Origin: an uncultured delta proteobacterium
GTDB lineage: Bacteria; Desulfobacterota; Binatia; UBA9968
Length of the DNA: 64,000 nucleotides
Reading direction: 5' to 3'
NCBI GenBank assembly: GCA_963840855.1
Contig: CAWJBB010000027.1
Coordinates: 128,001-192,000 of the forward strand
Positions 1-10,555 of the stretch are shown here, in pieces (the stretch's first letter is position 1; every line of letters begins with the position of its first letter). The notes below the pieces were generated by a model. It saw nothing but the letters and a program-made list of their open reading frames with translations, ran no database searches and was not told the DNA's origin. A program made the position numbers and the translations under genes.

Positions 1-728
1 TCCGGCAAACGCGGGTCGCGCTTGGGGCTGCCGTGCACGAGCACCCGCGAAAAGCCGCTCTTGGCCCAACCGCGTGTGGGCTCGCTGCCGAAGTAACCTT
101 CCAGGCTGCCGGCTCGGCAATGCACTTCGTTTTTCTGCATCGCCAGGTCGATTTCCGCCGCGCCGGGATAACCGGTCACGATACTGAATTTCACGCCAGC
201 TACGGCTTCGATCAAACGCGGGAAATAATGGCCAACGGTGCCGAGCGCCGTGGCGCCGCAGCGCGGCGCTTCGGCGCTATTACGGATGTCTTCCAGGGTT
301 CGATAGGGCGTATCCGCTCGACCGTATATGATCCGTACGGTCCGCTCCGGCGAGCCGAGCCAGGTAAATTTCGCCCAGTCGAACTGGACTTCTCTCATTT
401 CCGTGAGCTGGTTGAAGTAAAGTCCCGGCGTGACAAAGCCGATCGCCAGTCCGTCAGGCTTGGCGACGCTGTAGATATAATTCGCCGCCGTCATCGAACC
501 TGCGCCGGGCATATTTTGCAGGATGATGTTCGGCCTGCCCGGTAGGGTCTGGCTCATCGCTCGCGCCAGCGCGCGGCCCCAAAGATCGCTGATGCCGCCC
601 GGCGAAAAGCCCAGGACGAGCTTGATCGTTTTGTTTTCGAAGAAGTTGGACTGAGCGAGCGCGGGTGAAACCGACGCGAAAAAAAATAATAAAAGAGGTT
701 GAATTCGCCGCAACGCTCGCTTTCCCAT
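1..728 (-). CDS. Bug/TctC-family tripartite tricarboxylate transporter substrate-binding protein (partial, runs off window)
   Basis: Manual translation from ATG 728 gives MGKRALRRIQ..signal peptide..KTIKLVLGFSPGGISDLWGR..NMPGAGS..AKPDGL..VTGYPG, matching TctC motifs. Absent from the ORF track because there is no stop in the window. Confidence 0.85.
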   Translation of the reverse strand, partial: MGKRALRRIQPLLLFFFASVSPALAQSNFFENKTIKLVLGFSPGGISDLWGRALARAMSQTLPGRPNIILQNMPGAGSMTAANYIYSVAKPDGLAIGFVTPGLYFNQLTEMREVQFDWAKFTWLGSPERTVRIIYGRADTPYRTLEDIRNSAEAPRCGATALGTVGHYFPRLIEAVAGVKFSIVTGYPGAAEIDLAMQKNEVHCRAGSLEGYFGSEPTRGWAKSGFSRVLVHGSPKRDPRLP

Positions 729-770
729 AAGTAATAACAATGCCGCAGGATCAAATCTATTGCCGGTTGC

Positions 771-1739
771 CTATTCCTTGAAATCCATCTTCGAATCCCA
801 AGAGTGCAGCAGGCCCAGCTCATCGAGCGCTTCTTTGAGATACTTGAAATTGTAGTAGTCGCTCACCGGCTTTTTCGGCAAGTTCCATTCCTTGGTGTAG
901 AAGTCCACCTTGCGTTGATAGCCGTCAAAGTCCAACACCGGCCCCCATTCATTGTGCACCTCGTCGTAGGCCAGGCTCGCCAGCTCGCGGGTGATGTAGT
1001 GGTTGTGGCGCAGGATGGAGTCGAGGGTTTCCTCTTTGCTATACCGGGCGACCATCGTGCCCCGCAGGAGCGCCCGCACCATGCCTTTGACGACAAACGG
1101 TTTTTCCGCGATCACGGCGGGCGAAGTCGAAAAGCCCGCTTCGGGTATCGCGCAAAGATCGCGGCATGAAGTGAGCGCGTGCCCGCCCATTTGCACGGCG
1201 ATATTCCAGTGCGGCGGATCGCAGCACACCGCATCCACCTCGCCCTTCTCGAATAACGCTAAACGAAAACGTTCTGTGTTGGGCGGTTTGCCGCGACTAT
1301 CGATCCAGGTGAGATCTTTTTCCGGATCGAGCCCATAGTGGCGCAACACCAACTTGGCATCCATGCTCGATCCGCCCTTGAGATCGCCGGCGATCCTTTT
1401 GCCCTTGAGGTCGGGAATATCTTTGATGTAAGGCTTGGCGACGAACACATGGGCCGTCCGGTTGGCGATGGACACCACATTCACTTCGCCGTCGATATGA
1501 TCGCGGTTTTCCAGCACCGAGCGAAACGGCGGGGAACCGCCCGGCGACTGAAATATTATCATTCCCTCTTTGCGCCACTGGTGGCGAGGGTGCTGGCTGT
1601 CGGGTATGCCCTGAACGGGCCGCAACTCGACGTCGAGACCTTCCTCTTTAAAAAAACCCTTGTCATGAGCCACCCACATCGGCGCTATATTCAGCGGCAG
1701 GGCCGGTCCAAAAACCGCGATTTTCTCTTGGGCATCCAT
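771..1739 (-). CDS. ABC transporter substrate-binding protein, NMT1/SsuA/TauA-like
   Basis: Motifs PMWVAHDKGFFKEEGLDVEL, DLKGKRIA, GLDPEKD and GEVDA. Confidence 0.8.
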   Translation of the reverse strand: MDAQEKIAVFGPALPLNIAPMWVAHDKGFFKEEGLDVELRPVQGIPDSQHPRHQWRKEGMIIFQSPGGSPPFRSVLENRDHIDGEVNVVSIANRTAHVFVAKPYIKDIPDLKGKRIAGDLKGGSSMDAKLVLRHYGLDPEKDLTWIDSRGKPPNTERFRLALFEKGEVDAVCCDPPHWNIAVQMGGHALTSCRDLCAIPEAGFSTSPAVIAEKPFVVKGMVRALLRGTMVARYSKEETLDSILRHNHYITRELASLAYDEVHNEWGPVLDFDGYQRKVDFYTKEWNLPKKPVSDYYNFKYLKEALDELGLLHSWDSKMDFKE

Positions 1740-1789
1740 CGATAATCCCCTTTCCTGGAGAGCTCAATTTTGGTCTGGCCACGCGCTGG

Positions 1790-1928
1790 AATGAAGCTCC
1801 TCGGAGCAAAGCTCCGAGGTATCTTTGCGAAATTCTCCGAAGCCCTTCCACCTTCCTTCGCCAAGGCTACGGAGGGTTCTCCTCGCCTTCATCCTCGCAG
1901 CAAACTGCGAGGTATTCGGCGAAGGAGA
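1790..1928 (-). mobile_element. ~139-bp non-autonomous element with subterminal hairpins (IS200/IS605-derived, PATE-like), copy 1
   Basis: Close copy of 10832-10969 with the same boundaries (minus strand TTAT|TCTCCTTCG...GAGCTTCATT|). Hairpins CTCGGAGC-AAA-GCTCCGAG and CCTCGCAG-CAAA-CTGCGAGG. Confidence 0.7.
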
Positions 1929-2079
1929 ATAAGAGTGAATCCAAGGCCGCAGCCAGCCGCGGCGCGTCAAAAGCGATCCTGATGGCCTCGACTGCTTCGA
2001 AAGCCCAAGGCAAGCGATGACGACGCAGGTGACTTGACTCCTACTACGGCCGTCGGCTCGATTCGCGCTGTCACGCCGG

Positions 2080-3768
2080 CTAGCTGCGCAAAACCTTTCC
2101 CGGATAAGCGCCGGTGTGCGCTCCGTTTTGCATCAATACCGAACCGTTGACGATGCTATAGTGTATACCGCGAGCACCCTGGACGTAGCGCGGCCCGCCT
2201 TCGGGCAGATCGTTTACTTGCCGAGGTTTTTCCAGGCCGATGGCAGCCGGATCGAAAACAAAAATATCCGCCGCCATGCCGGGCCTTAGTAGACCGCGGT
2301 CGGCAATGCCGAAGATGGACGCCGGCATGAAAGTCAATTTTCTTATGGCGTCTTCGAGCGACATAATTTTGCGTTCGCGCACCCAATAGCTCAGCAGCAG
2401 CGTCCCGAAGCCAAATCCGGGATTGCCGCTGGCGACATGGGCGCCGGCATCGGACTGGCCGAGCATAACGTAAGGGCTCTGAAAAATCTCCCGCACCGCT
2501 TTTTCGTCTCCCTGAGTGTTGGATTCTTCGAAGACGGTTTCCAAGTCCTCCGCCAACGCCAGGTCGAGAAAAGCGTCCATGGCGGCTTTCCCTTGCAAGC
2601 GGGCGAGTTCGTCGATGCTCTTGCCTTGAAAGTCCTCGTGCTCCGCCCGGCTGACTTTATTGACGGTTACGGAACTCCAGCGATCCGTCAGATTCGTGGC
2701 CAGGCTGGCCGACGCCATTTCACCCGCTAGCCTTTGCCGCGTCCCGCCCTTGCCAAGCTCGTCCTTGCGGGATTCCAGGGTCAGCGACATTAACCGTTTC
2801 CACTCCGGCAGTTCCTTGAAGCGGTCGCCGTCTTTCAAGTTCCAACGCCGCAGCGAACGGCGCGTGGAAGTCATGGCATAACTCGCGAAGCCCCGGCGCC
2901 AGCGTTCTTCGACATCGTCGAGTTGTTTGCGCCACAGATCGGGTTCGCTCCAGCGGTGCCGGATGCTCTCGCCGATCAACGGCCGGCCGGTTTCGCTAAG
3001 AATCGCATCGTACCATTTGCCGATATTTGCCACATGTTCCGGCGTCGCAAAGGCGCCGTGAGTAAACTGCACCGCGCCGCGCCGGCTGGCGCCGACAACG
3101 CGGGAAAGCCGCTCCGCTTCACCGAGGCCCGCGAACCGGCTCGGCACCGGCTTGCCGTCTTCGCGGAAATGAGTTTGGTTGGAATTGGTGGAAAACCCAA
3201 AGGCGCCCGCCGCCATACCTTGGCGCACCAGATCTTCCATCTGGCTGATCTCGGGGTCGTTGGCTTCGCGCTCCACGCTCGCCTCGCCCATGGCGTACTG
3301 TCTGACGGCGCAATGGCCAACGAGAGTCGCGATGTTGAGGCCAAGGCGCCTGCGGCTGAGAGCGTCGAGAAATTCTCCATGGGTGGTCCACTCCCACGGG
3401 ATGCCGGCCTCCAAGGAATGGCGCGGCATGGCCTCGACGCGTACGAAGGTCCCAATCAGCGCGTTGCGGCTTTCGGGCTTGCACGGCGCCAAGGTCAGGC
3501 CGCAGTTGCCCATCACGACCGTGCTGACGCCATGTTCGTTGGATGACGATGCCAGCCCGTCCCACCAGATCTGCGCGTCGAAATGGGTGTGAAAATCGAT
3601 GATTCCCGGCGCCACGGCGAGACCGCCGGCATCGAGCACTTTGTCCGCCGGATCATTGATCCGGCCGATGGCGGCAATGCGTCCGTCGCGCACCCCGATG
3701 TCGGCGTTGAACGAAGGCATGCCGGAGCCGTCATAGATGCGCCCACCTTTCAAAATCAGATCATACAT
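2080..3768 (-). CDS. Amidohydrolase, N-acyl-D-amino-acid deacylase-like
   Basis: Motifs PGIIDFHTHFD, VVMGNCG, SDAGAH and RGLLRPGMAADI. Confidence 0.85.
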   Translation of the reverse strand: MYDLILKGGRIYDGSGMPSFNADIGVRDGRIAAIGRINDPADKVLDAGGLAVAPGIIDFHTHFDAQIWWDGLASSSNEHGVSTVVMGNCGLTLAPCKPESRNALIGTFVRVEAMPRHSLEAGIPWEWTTHGEFLDALSRRRLGLNIATLVGHCAVRQYAMGEASVEREANDPEISQMEDLVRQGMAAGAFGFSTNSNQTHFREDGKPVPSRFAGLGEAERLSRVVGASRRGAVQFTHGAFATPEHVANIGKWYDAILSETGRPLIGESIRHRWSEPDLWRKQLDDVEERWRRGFASYAMTSTRRSLRRWNLKDGDRFKELPEWKRLMSLTLESRKDELGKGGTRQRLAGEMASASLATNLTDRWSSVTVNKVSRAEHEDFQGKSIDELARLQGKAAMDAFLDLALAEDLETVFEESNTQGDEKAVREIFQSPYVMLGQSDAGAHVASGNPGFGFGTLLLSYWVRERKIMSLEDAIRKLTFMPASIFGIADRGLLRPGMAADIFVFDPAAIGLEKPRQVNDLPEGGPRYVQGARGIHYSIVNGSVLMQNGAHTGAYPGKVLRS

Positions 3769-3982
3769 AACATCTCCTTTGAGGCTTTTATTTTACTGCG
3801 CCCCGCGACTGCGAACTCTGTCTGGTTACGGTTTCACTCGTTAATAATATTGTGTATAGTCGACGGCGGGGTTACTTGTCAATTTGCGATTCTGCTGAAA
3901 ACCTTGAATGCTTCGACAAGGATCAGCATGAACGGATAATTCCCAATGAATTCAACCGCTCTTCCCTTCGTTCCTTCGATAA

Positions 3983-4221
3983 ACTGCTATGTGGATGTCA
4001 AGTCACGGCACCGCCCTCTTATTTTCTTATGACTCTTTTCCTTCCCCACCCAAGAGAGACTGACTGCTATACGTGGCACGGCACCATGGCCGTCACACTG
4101 ACTGCTATGTGGATGTCAAGTCACGGCACCGCCCTCTTATTTTCTTATGACTCTTTTCCTTCCCCACCCAAGAGAGACTGACTGCTATACGTGGCACGGC
4201 ACCATGGCCGTCACACTGACT
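3983..4221. repeat. Perfect tandem duplication (2 x 118 bp) of the IS110 downstream end
   Basis: ACTGCTATGTGGATGTCAAG...GTCACACTG starts at 3983 and again at 4101. Confidence 0.95.
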
Positions 4222-4362
4222 TGGCATGCGCCCCTCTCTAAGGCACTCGGCCCCGGGCTCTCTATCTCATGGATCGAACCGTCAGGAGTTTGTCTCTCCC
4301 GGTTCTGTCTATCGTCGAGGCGTTCCCTGGGGCACGGTCTCCTCTTGGGTCAAAGGAGCCGA
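4104..4362 (-). ncRNA. Candidate bridge/seek RNA region of the IS110 element
   Basis: Non-coding stretch 3' of the transposase, where IS1111-group elements encode their guide RNA. Contains short matches to the target site and IS end. Boundaries uncertain. Confidence 0.45.
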
Positions 4363-5439
4363 TTAAACTTTTTTCCTCACTACATAGGGTCTTTGTTCCA
4401 TCAAGACCACCGAAATCAGTACCGTGAGTTTTCTGGCCACCGCCACAATGGCCACCCGCGACGCCACCGGGCGCGCATGGCTCTGGCACACCGCCCGGAA
4501 AAATTCCCTCAGCTCACCGTCTTTTCGGATCGCCGACCAGGCGGCTTGGATGAGTTTGCTTCTCAGCCGCGGGTCTCCGCTGTGAGTGATCGATCCTCGA
4601 TCGGTTCGCTCTCCGGTGGAGTTCTCGGTAGGGACCAAGCCGAGAAAGGCTCCCAGTTGGCGCACGTTTCTCAGCTCACGCCAATCGCCGATCCTAGCCA
4701 AAAGCTGACTGGCCACAATCTGGCCAATCCCGGACACGCTCATCACGTACTTTATACACTGGGACAATTCGGCATCGTTCTGACACAAGCGGCGGATCTG
4801 TTGGGTTGTCTTAACGATCTGCTTCTCGTTGAACTCCAGACTGTCAAGCAACTGATCAAGCTCAAAACGCACGGTCGAAGAACAGGGAAGCTTTCTCAGT
4901 TTAGCCTTCACCATGAACGACCACTGACTACCGGCGGGGGCCGGGGGAAACTCCAGCCCTTCCATAAGCAACAGCGACTTGATGCGCTGCTTCATCGCCA
5001 CCATCGCGCTGACAAAGGTGTCGCGCAGCTGAGTCAAATGGCGCAGCTCACGGTACAGGACAGCGGGGACATGAATGCTCTTGAGCTGTCCGCCACGAAG
5101 ATTCTCCGAAATGCCTCGACTGTCGAGCCGATTGGTCTTCACTCTTTGTCCGGGCGCTTTGGGGATCATCGATGGCGAAGCGATCAGGCACGGGTAATCT
5201 TGAGCCACAATCCCATCGTACAAGCCGTAGCCCGTCGGTCCCGCCTCGTAGGCAAAGGCCACTTTCTGATCGGGAAAATGTTTACGCACGTGGTTCACAA
5301 GATGCTCCGCGCTATACGGCACGCGCAAGGAGCGAATAAACCCTTGCTGATTGGTAAAGGTCACCGAGATACTTTTCTTGCCCACATCCAGTCCCGCAAA
5401 CACGTCGTAGTCGCGGGGAATAAACGCTTTGCTGTTCAT
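4363..5439 (-). CDS. IS110-family DEDD recombinase/transposase
   Basis: Motifs FAGLDVGK, AYEAGPTG, KTNRLDS and FLGLVPTENSTG. RBS GAAGGAGG before ATG 5439. Confidence 0.95.
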   Translation of the reverse strand: MNSKAFIPRDYDVFAGLDVGKKSISVTFTNQQGFIRSLRVPYSAEHLVNHVRKHFPDQKVAFAYEAGPTGYGLYDGIVAQDYPCLIASPSMIPKAPGQRVKTNRLDSRGISENLRGGQLKSIHVPAVLYRELRHLTQLRDTFVSAMVAMKQRIKSLLLMEGLEFPPAPAGSQWSFMVKAKLRKLPCSSTVRFELDQLLDSLEFNEKQIVKTTQQIRRLCQNDAELSQCIKYVMSVSGIGQIVASQLLARIGDWRELRNVRQLGAFLGLVPTENSTGERTDRGSITHSGDPRLRSKLIQAAWSAIRKDGELREFFRAVCQSHARPVASRVAIVAVARKLTVLISVVLMEQRPYVVRKKV

Positions 5440-5638
5440 CTGATGTCCTCCTTCGCTCAATGGCGATTTGATGAATCACTATACTCGCTAAAGAGGACTT
5501 GTGGTTACACCTAACATCCATCATACAGGTCTCAGGGCAGACTCTGAGGCTTTCGTAAGGATGAACGGAGGGTGTTTCAGCTGACATGAAGCGGTGTCAA
5601 GTCCATCCCTTTGTGATCCGAATCATTTCCTGCCGTAT

Positions 5639-6721
5639 TCATAAACTGTAAAGCGCCCGGGCGTTATCGCTTAGAATTTTTCCCTTCACCTCGGGCGTGA
5701 GGTCCGTTCGATCCCGGAATATCTTGATGGCGTCGAGGTCGCTGGAGGTGTCGGTGTGGCCGTAGTCGGTGCCGATCACCAGGCAGTCCTCGCCGCATTG
5801 CTGCACGATGTAGGGCAGGTCATCCGAGTTTTCGCAGGTGACGAACATGCCGTATTCGCGGGCGATGTTTTCCGGCCATTCGCGGCTCAAAGTTTTGAAG
5901 CGATTTTTGGCTTCGTGGAGCACCCAGGGAAGCCACTGCGAGCTGGCCTCGATGAATCCCCAGCGCAGTTTGGGAAAAACCTCATGGAGCTCGCTCAGAA
6001 GAATATCCATGAAAGAGGCTACCGTGGGCACTCTGAAGCGGTGCAACGTTCCGGCGATTCTGACCGGGTGGTCGTAAAGGTCGTTCAGCCATTTGTTGCC
6101 GTTGGCGATGTGAATCGCAATCGCCATATCGAGCCGGCTCGCTTCGTCGTAGATCGGATAGAAATACGGGTCGCAGAGTAATCGCTGGCCTTCGACGGGA
6201 CGCATGAGCACGGCGCACGCGCCGTGCGCTTTGCCGAAGCGTATCTGATCGAGAGCATCGGACATGCTCAAAGTGGGCGGCATGCAGGACCAACGCAAGC
6301 GGTTATTCGACTGGCTCCAGATATCAGCGAGCCAGCGGTTCCAACTTTTGCATAATGCCACTTCCACCGCCGGGCGCTCCGTAACCGATTCGATGAAGAT
6401 CGTATTGTGCAGTACCTGAGTATCGACGCCGGTGCGGTCCATGTAGCCGAGGCGCAGATCGACGTTGCCCATTTCGCGCGACTCCTGATTTTCTGCGAAT
6501 CTCCGGCCGGTCCGCTGGGCGAGCCGCTCCAGCTCGGCGGGAGAGAATGCCGGAAAGCGCAGTCCCCGCACCTTGCCGTCGATGAGCCAAAACTGCAGCT
6601 TTACTCCCGCCTCTTCACGGCTCTCCAGGGACACCGGACGATATTTTTTTTCCGACGCGTCCAAGTAGTCCCATGTGTGGGCGGACTCGACGACGTGGGC
6701 GTCGGCGTCGATGATTTTCAT
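5639..6721 (-). CDS. Amidohydrolase_2-family protein
   Basis: Motifs IIDADAHVVE, IAIH, FIEA and IGTDYGH. RBS GGAGG. Confidence 0.85.
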   Translation of the reverse strand: MKIIDADAHVVESAHTWDYLDASEKKYRPVSLESREEAGVKLQFWLIDGKVRGLRFPAFSPAELERLAQRTGRRFAENQESREMGNVDLRLGYMDRTGVDTQVLHNTIFIESVTERPAVEVALCKSWNRWLADIWSQSNNRLRWSCMPPTLSMSDALDQIRFGKAHGACAVLMRPVEGQRLLCDPYFYPIYDEASRLDMAIAIHIANGNKWLNDLYDHPVRIAGTLHRFRVPTVASFMDILLSELHEVFPKLRWGFIEASSQWLPWVLHEAKNRFKTLSREWPENIAREYGMFVTCENSDDLPYIVQQCGEDCLVIGTDYGHTDTSSDLDAIKIFRDRTDLTPEVKGKILSDNARALYSL

Positions 6722-6974
6722 TGTTTACCTCCTTCAGGCAAGCGATCGATCCGTTAGAAACAGCATGTACAACAGGCGTTATTCCGATGCAATGACGCTG
6801 CAGCGCCCGTGATTGGAGAAAAAATCGGGGAAATAGATAGAATGCCGCTTGCGTTGTTCGCTTCTTTTCTTTGACCGAGCGCTCCGTTGCCTTAGCTCGT
6901 GCGCCGCTTTGCGCAACGACAATTTCCACTCTTCGCTTTCTGCGAGGCGTACTCGGTTTCGACGTGGTTCACGG

Positions 6975-7295
6975 CTACCTATTCCTTGTCGATCCTTCTT
7001 GTAACCTCTGAGCCAGTCTCTCGTAATCTCCCAAATGCGCCCGCATGAGACTTTTCCAGAGTTTGCCATGGTGCGGCACGGAAAAATGCAATAGCTCGTG
7101 TACAATGACGTAGTCACCCACAGCCCGGTCCACCGATAAAAGTTCTGCATTGAAGTTCAGGTTACCCGCCGTTGAGCACGATGCCCATTTGTTCGACATC
7201 GGACGAACGGCGAGGGACCGTACTTTGACATCGAGTTTGTCGGCCCACTCCAGCACGCGGGCCTTGAACTCTTCCTTGTTGTTCCAACGCTTCAT
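6975..7295 (-). CDS. YgjP/DUF45-like zinc metallopeptidase
   Basis: Motifs KWASCS and YVIVHELLH..PHHGK. Lies immediately downstream of hsdR. Confidence 0.85.
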   Translation of the reverse strand: MKRWNNKEEFKARVLEWADKLDVKVRSLAVRPMSNKWASCSTAGNLNFNAELLSVDRAVGDYVIVHELLHFSVPHHGKLWKSLMRAHLGDYERLAQRLQEGSTRNR

Positions 7296-7296
7296 G

Positions 7297-10232
7297 TCAC
7301 TTGGCTGCGGCTTTCTGCAAAACCATGAAAATACTGTCCACGAGAGCAGTAGCCTTATTCAGGTCGTCCTCTTCGGCCAAAATCGCAAAAGTTACTTTCT
7401 TTCTGAGCTCGCGCAGCTCCTTTTCACTTTCCCGCCAGTTGGAAAACTCGGAGAAAGCCTGGCGCACCTTCTTGCTCGCCGTCTCGGCGTTGGCCACACC
7501 CTCGTCGGTGAGTTTACAGAGAACGAAATAGGTTAACCCATCGAGACCTTTTCCCGTCTGGGTTCTCTTTCGATCTTCGTTCCGTTCGATTTGCTTGAGC
7601 AGTTCGGCGAGTGCCTCTTCGGTGGTGCTCTGGCGATCCTCAAAGCTCTCCTGCACAGCGCGCGCCCGCTCGGCCATCGCCACTAGGAAGGGGTCGTCGC
7701 TATTCTCCAGCGCCGTTCGCTCGATAGATTTGATCAGATTGATGACCTTGATCGCTTTCCCTTCTTCGTTCTTTTTGATCGCGTCGATCGCGGCCCGGTC
7801 AAGTTTTACGAATTTATCGCTCTGTTCCATCACCGCCGTGTCAATATGACTTTGCACGAGGTCGTTGGTCTTTCGTTGGAATGCCTTATCGACGTAAACG
7901 GTCTTAGCGTAAGCCTGCTGCACCACCGCATAGATAGAGGACAGAGTCGTATAGTCGTCGATGAACGGACGCAGAAAAGCGTCGGGCGAGATGATCTCGT
8001 AAAGCATCTCGATCTCTTTGTACTCTTTGAAGAACTCTTTGCGCCGATCCTTGTCGCGGAAATGCTCGATCAAGTTATCGACGTCCTTATCATTGAAGTT
8101 CTGCGTCACGAGCGCCAGATAGTCGGGCGCCTTGCTTTCCATTTTTGCTTTGAAAAGCTGCTTGAGCAGGCCGATATCTTTGACGATGGCGTTGACTTCG
8201 TCGCTATCGAACGCCAGGGCTTTCTCCAGCTTGTCAAAGATGCCCACGAAGTCGAGCACGAAACCATGTGGTTTAACCATTTCTTCCCGCTCGTTCTCGT
8301 AGGGCCGGTTCACCCGAGCGATCGCCTGCAAGAGCGTATGGTCGCGCATCGGCTTGTCCAAATACATGGCGTAAAGTATCGGCGCGTCGAAGCCGGTCAA
8401 AAGCTTTTCCGTCACGATTAGAATCTTTGGGTCTTCGCCAAATTTCGTGAAGTTCTTGCGAATTTGTTTCTCTTTCTTTTCGTCGAGATGCCACTTTTTC
8501 ATGTGCGGCGGGTCGTTGTTGTTACCGGTGTAAACCACCGCGGACAACTCCGGAGGCAAAAACTCATCGAAGGCTTCTTTGTATAGGGCGCAGGCCTCCC
8601 GGTCCACGGCGACGAGAAAAGCCTTGTAGCCTAGCGGCTGCACGTTATCCAGGTAGTGCGCCGCTACGTGCCGCGCCACTTTTTTTATCCGTTCCTTGCT
8701 CTTCAAAAAGTTCTTGAGATTCACCGCCCGTTCGAGGATCTTGTTCAGCTCTTCGATGTCGGCGATTCCCTCAGTCTCGGCCAGGGCCAAGAATTCCTTT
8801 TCCATCACTTCGTGCGGTACGAGCATTTCGTTGGGCGCCAGGTCGTAATAGAGCGGCAAGGTGGTGCCGTCGTCGATGCTTTCACTGATGGAGTACTTGT
8901 GCAGATAGCCCTTGTCGTCTTCGCATCCAAAGGTTTTGAACGTTCCCTTGCCGTAAGCGGTCATGTCCACCGGCGTCCCGGTGAAGCCGATAAACGTAGC
9001 GTTCGGCAAACCCGCCATCAAATAATTGCCGAGATCGCCGCCCGTAGTCCGGTGCGCTTCATCGATCAAAACGTAGACATTTGCTCTCGTGTTGATGTTC
9101 GCTGGCATGTCGCGGAATTTTTGCATGGTCGAAACAATGATACCGCGGTAGTCCGACTTGAGCAGCCGGTTCAGCTCGGTGATCCGATTGGCGTGCGCAA
9201 CGTTGCCAAGACCAACGGCCACCAGGTTCTTGAGCATCTGATCTTGCAGCTCATTGCGATCAATCATCATCAAGATCGTAGGCTTATCAGCCTGCGGCGC
9301 CTTGAAGAGCAGCTCCGCGGCTTTGATCATCGTGTAGGTCTTACCGCTGCCTTGGGTATGCCAGATGAGCCCGCGGGAGAGCTTGGAGTCCAGCGCGCGA
9401 TCAACGACCCGCTCGACGCCGGCTGTTTGATGCTGGCGCAGCACGACCTTTTGCAGCTCTTCGTCTTTTTCCGCGAAGAGGATGAAATCTTTTAGGAGGC
9501 ACAGCAGATGGGGCACGGCGCAAAACGTCTTGACCTTGAACTCAAGATTGCCGATTTCTTCGTGCTTCCAGCGGAAAATGTTGCGCCGCACGGTGTTCCA
9601 GGTCGCGCCGTAGTCGAAGCCGATCGCTTCCGTTGCGGTGAAAAGCATCTGCGGCACCATCACTTCCGGCGTCTCGACGTGGTAGCGGCGGATCTGATCG
9701 ACACCGAGCGCGATTCCTTCGTCTTTGGTAGCGTTCTTACACTCGATCACCAGCACCGGGATGCCGTTGATGAGAAAAACCACGTCTTCCCGCGTGCCGT
9801 AACGTCCGTTGTGGAAGTAAAACTCTTCCGTGACTTCGTAGATGTTGCGCCAGTCTGTGCGTGGACGCGCGAGATCACCGTAGTCAATCAACGTAATGTC
9901 CAGCTCACGGTTTTCTTCAGGGGAAAAGAATTTGTGCTGGTTGCGCAGCGCCGTTAGAAAGTCACGGTTACCGTAAATGTCCGAATGAAACAGCTGAAAC
10001 TCACCGACAGCGCTCCATAGATCCTGTATGGCATTGAAGGCGCGAACCTGCGAGTGCAACAGATCGCCGAAGAACAGAGAACTTTTTCGTGCCCGTTCCT
10101 CGGGCGTAGCCCCGGCGGGATCAAACCCGCGCCGCCGCTCGGCTCATCGCGCGGCACGAAAGACCAACCGATGTCCTGTGCGTAGGATAAAATGCGAGAT
10201 TGGACAGTCTTATATTCGCCGGGCGCAGGCAT
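7297..10232 (-). CDS. hsdR: Type I restriction enzyme R subunit (apparent 1-nt frameshift near 10142)
   Basis: Motifs DVVFLINGIPVLVIECK, QIRRY, WHTQGSGKT, DEAHR, FTGTP, LTGFDAP and QAIARVNR. The N-terminus MPAPGEYKTVQ (10232) continues in the other frame as AERRRGFDP. Confidence 0.92.
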
Positions 10233-10298
10233 GAGAGCTATTCGACGCTGTTAAAAGGCTCCTGGATCGATGCCCACTTGGGGCGCATTTTTGAAAGG

Positions 10299-10529
10299 CT
10301 ATGGTTTGGCGGCCGATGACGCGGTCGACGCAAGAGCAGCGCTTTCCCGATCAAGCTCAGTCAAAGCTTTTTGAATTAACTCCACCTCCCGCGACTCGAA
10401 GAAAGGCTCTCCACATTGGCTACACACCCATGCCGGAATGGCGTCCCAGGCTACATGATAGCCGTTCCGATCAAAACTGAACGGCGCCATGCTCCGGGTC
10501 AAGCGACCTTTGCAATGCATGCATTCCAT
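10299..10529 (-). CDS. YgiT-type zinc finger protein (MqsA-like N-terminal domain)
   Basis: MECMHCKG...IPAWVCSQCGE, two CxxC pairs. Confidence 0.8.
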   Translation of the reverse strand: MECMHCKGRLTRSMAPFSFDRNGYHVAWDAIPAWVCSQCGEPFFESREVELIQKALTELDRESAALASTASSAAKP

Positions 10530-10555
10530 AGCTACGAAGTGGTGACGTCCCATTT

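Larger units (their letters stand above)
3984..5532 (-). mobile_element. IS110-family insertion sequence (IS1111-like organisation)
   Basis: CT core at both ends (3984-85 and 5531-32). Imperfect subterminal inverted repeats TATGATGGATGTTAG / TATGTGGATGTCAAG. Long non-coding region 3' of the transposase. Confidence 0.85.

Noticed and set aside
33-823. ORFs 33-545 and 554-823
   Set aside because: They overlap the TctC-like gene, which has clear family motifs in another frame.
4147-5514. 455-aa plus-strand ORF
   Set aside because: Antisense shadow of the IS110 transposase, with no recognisable motifs.
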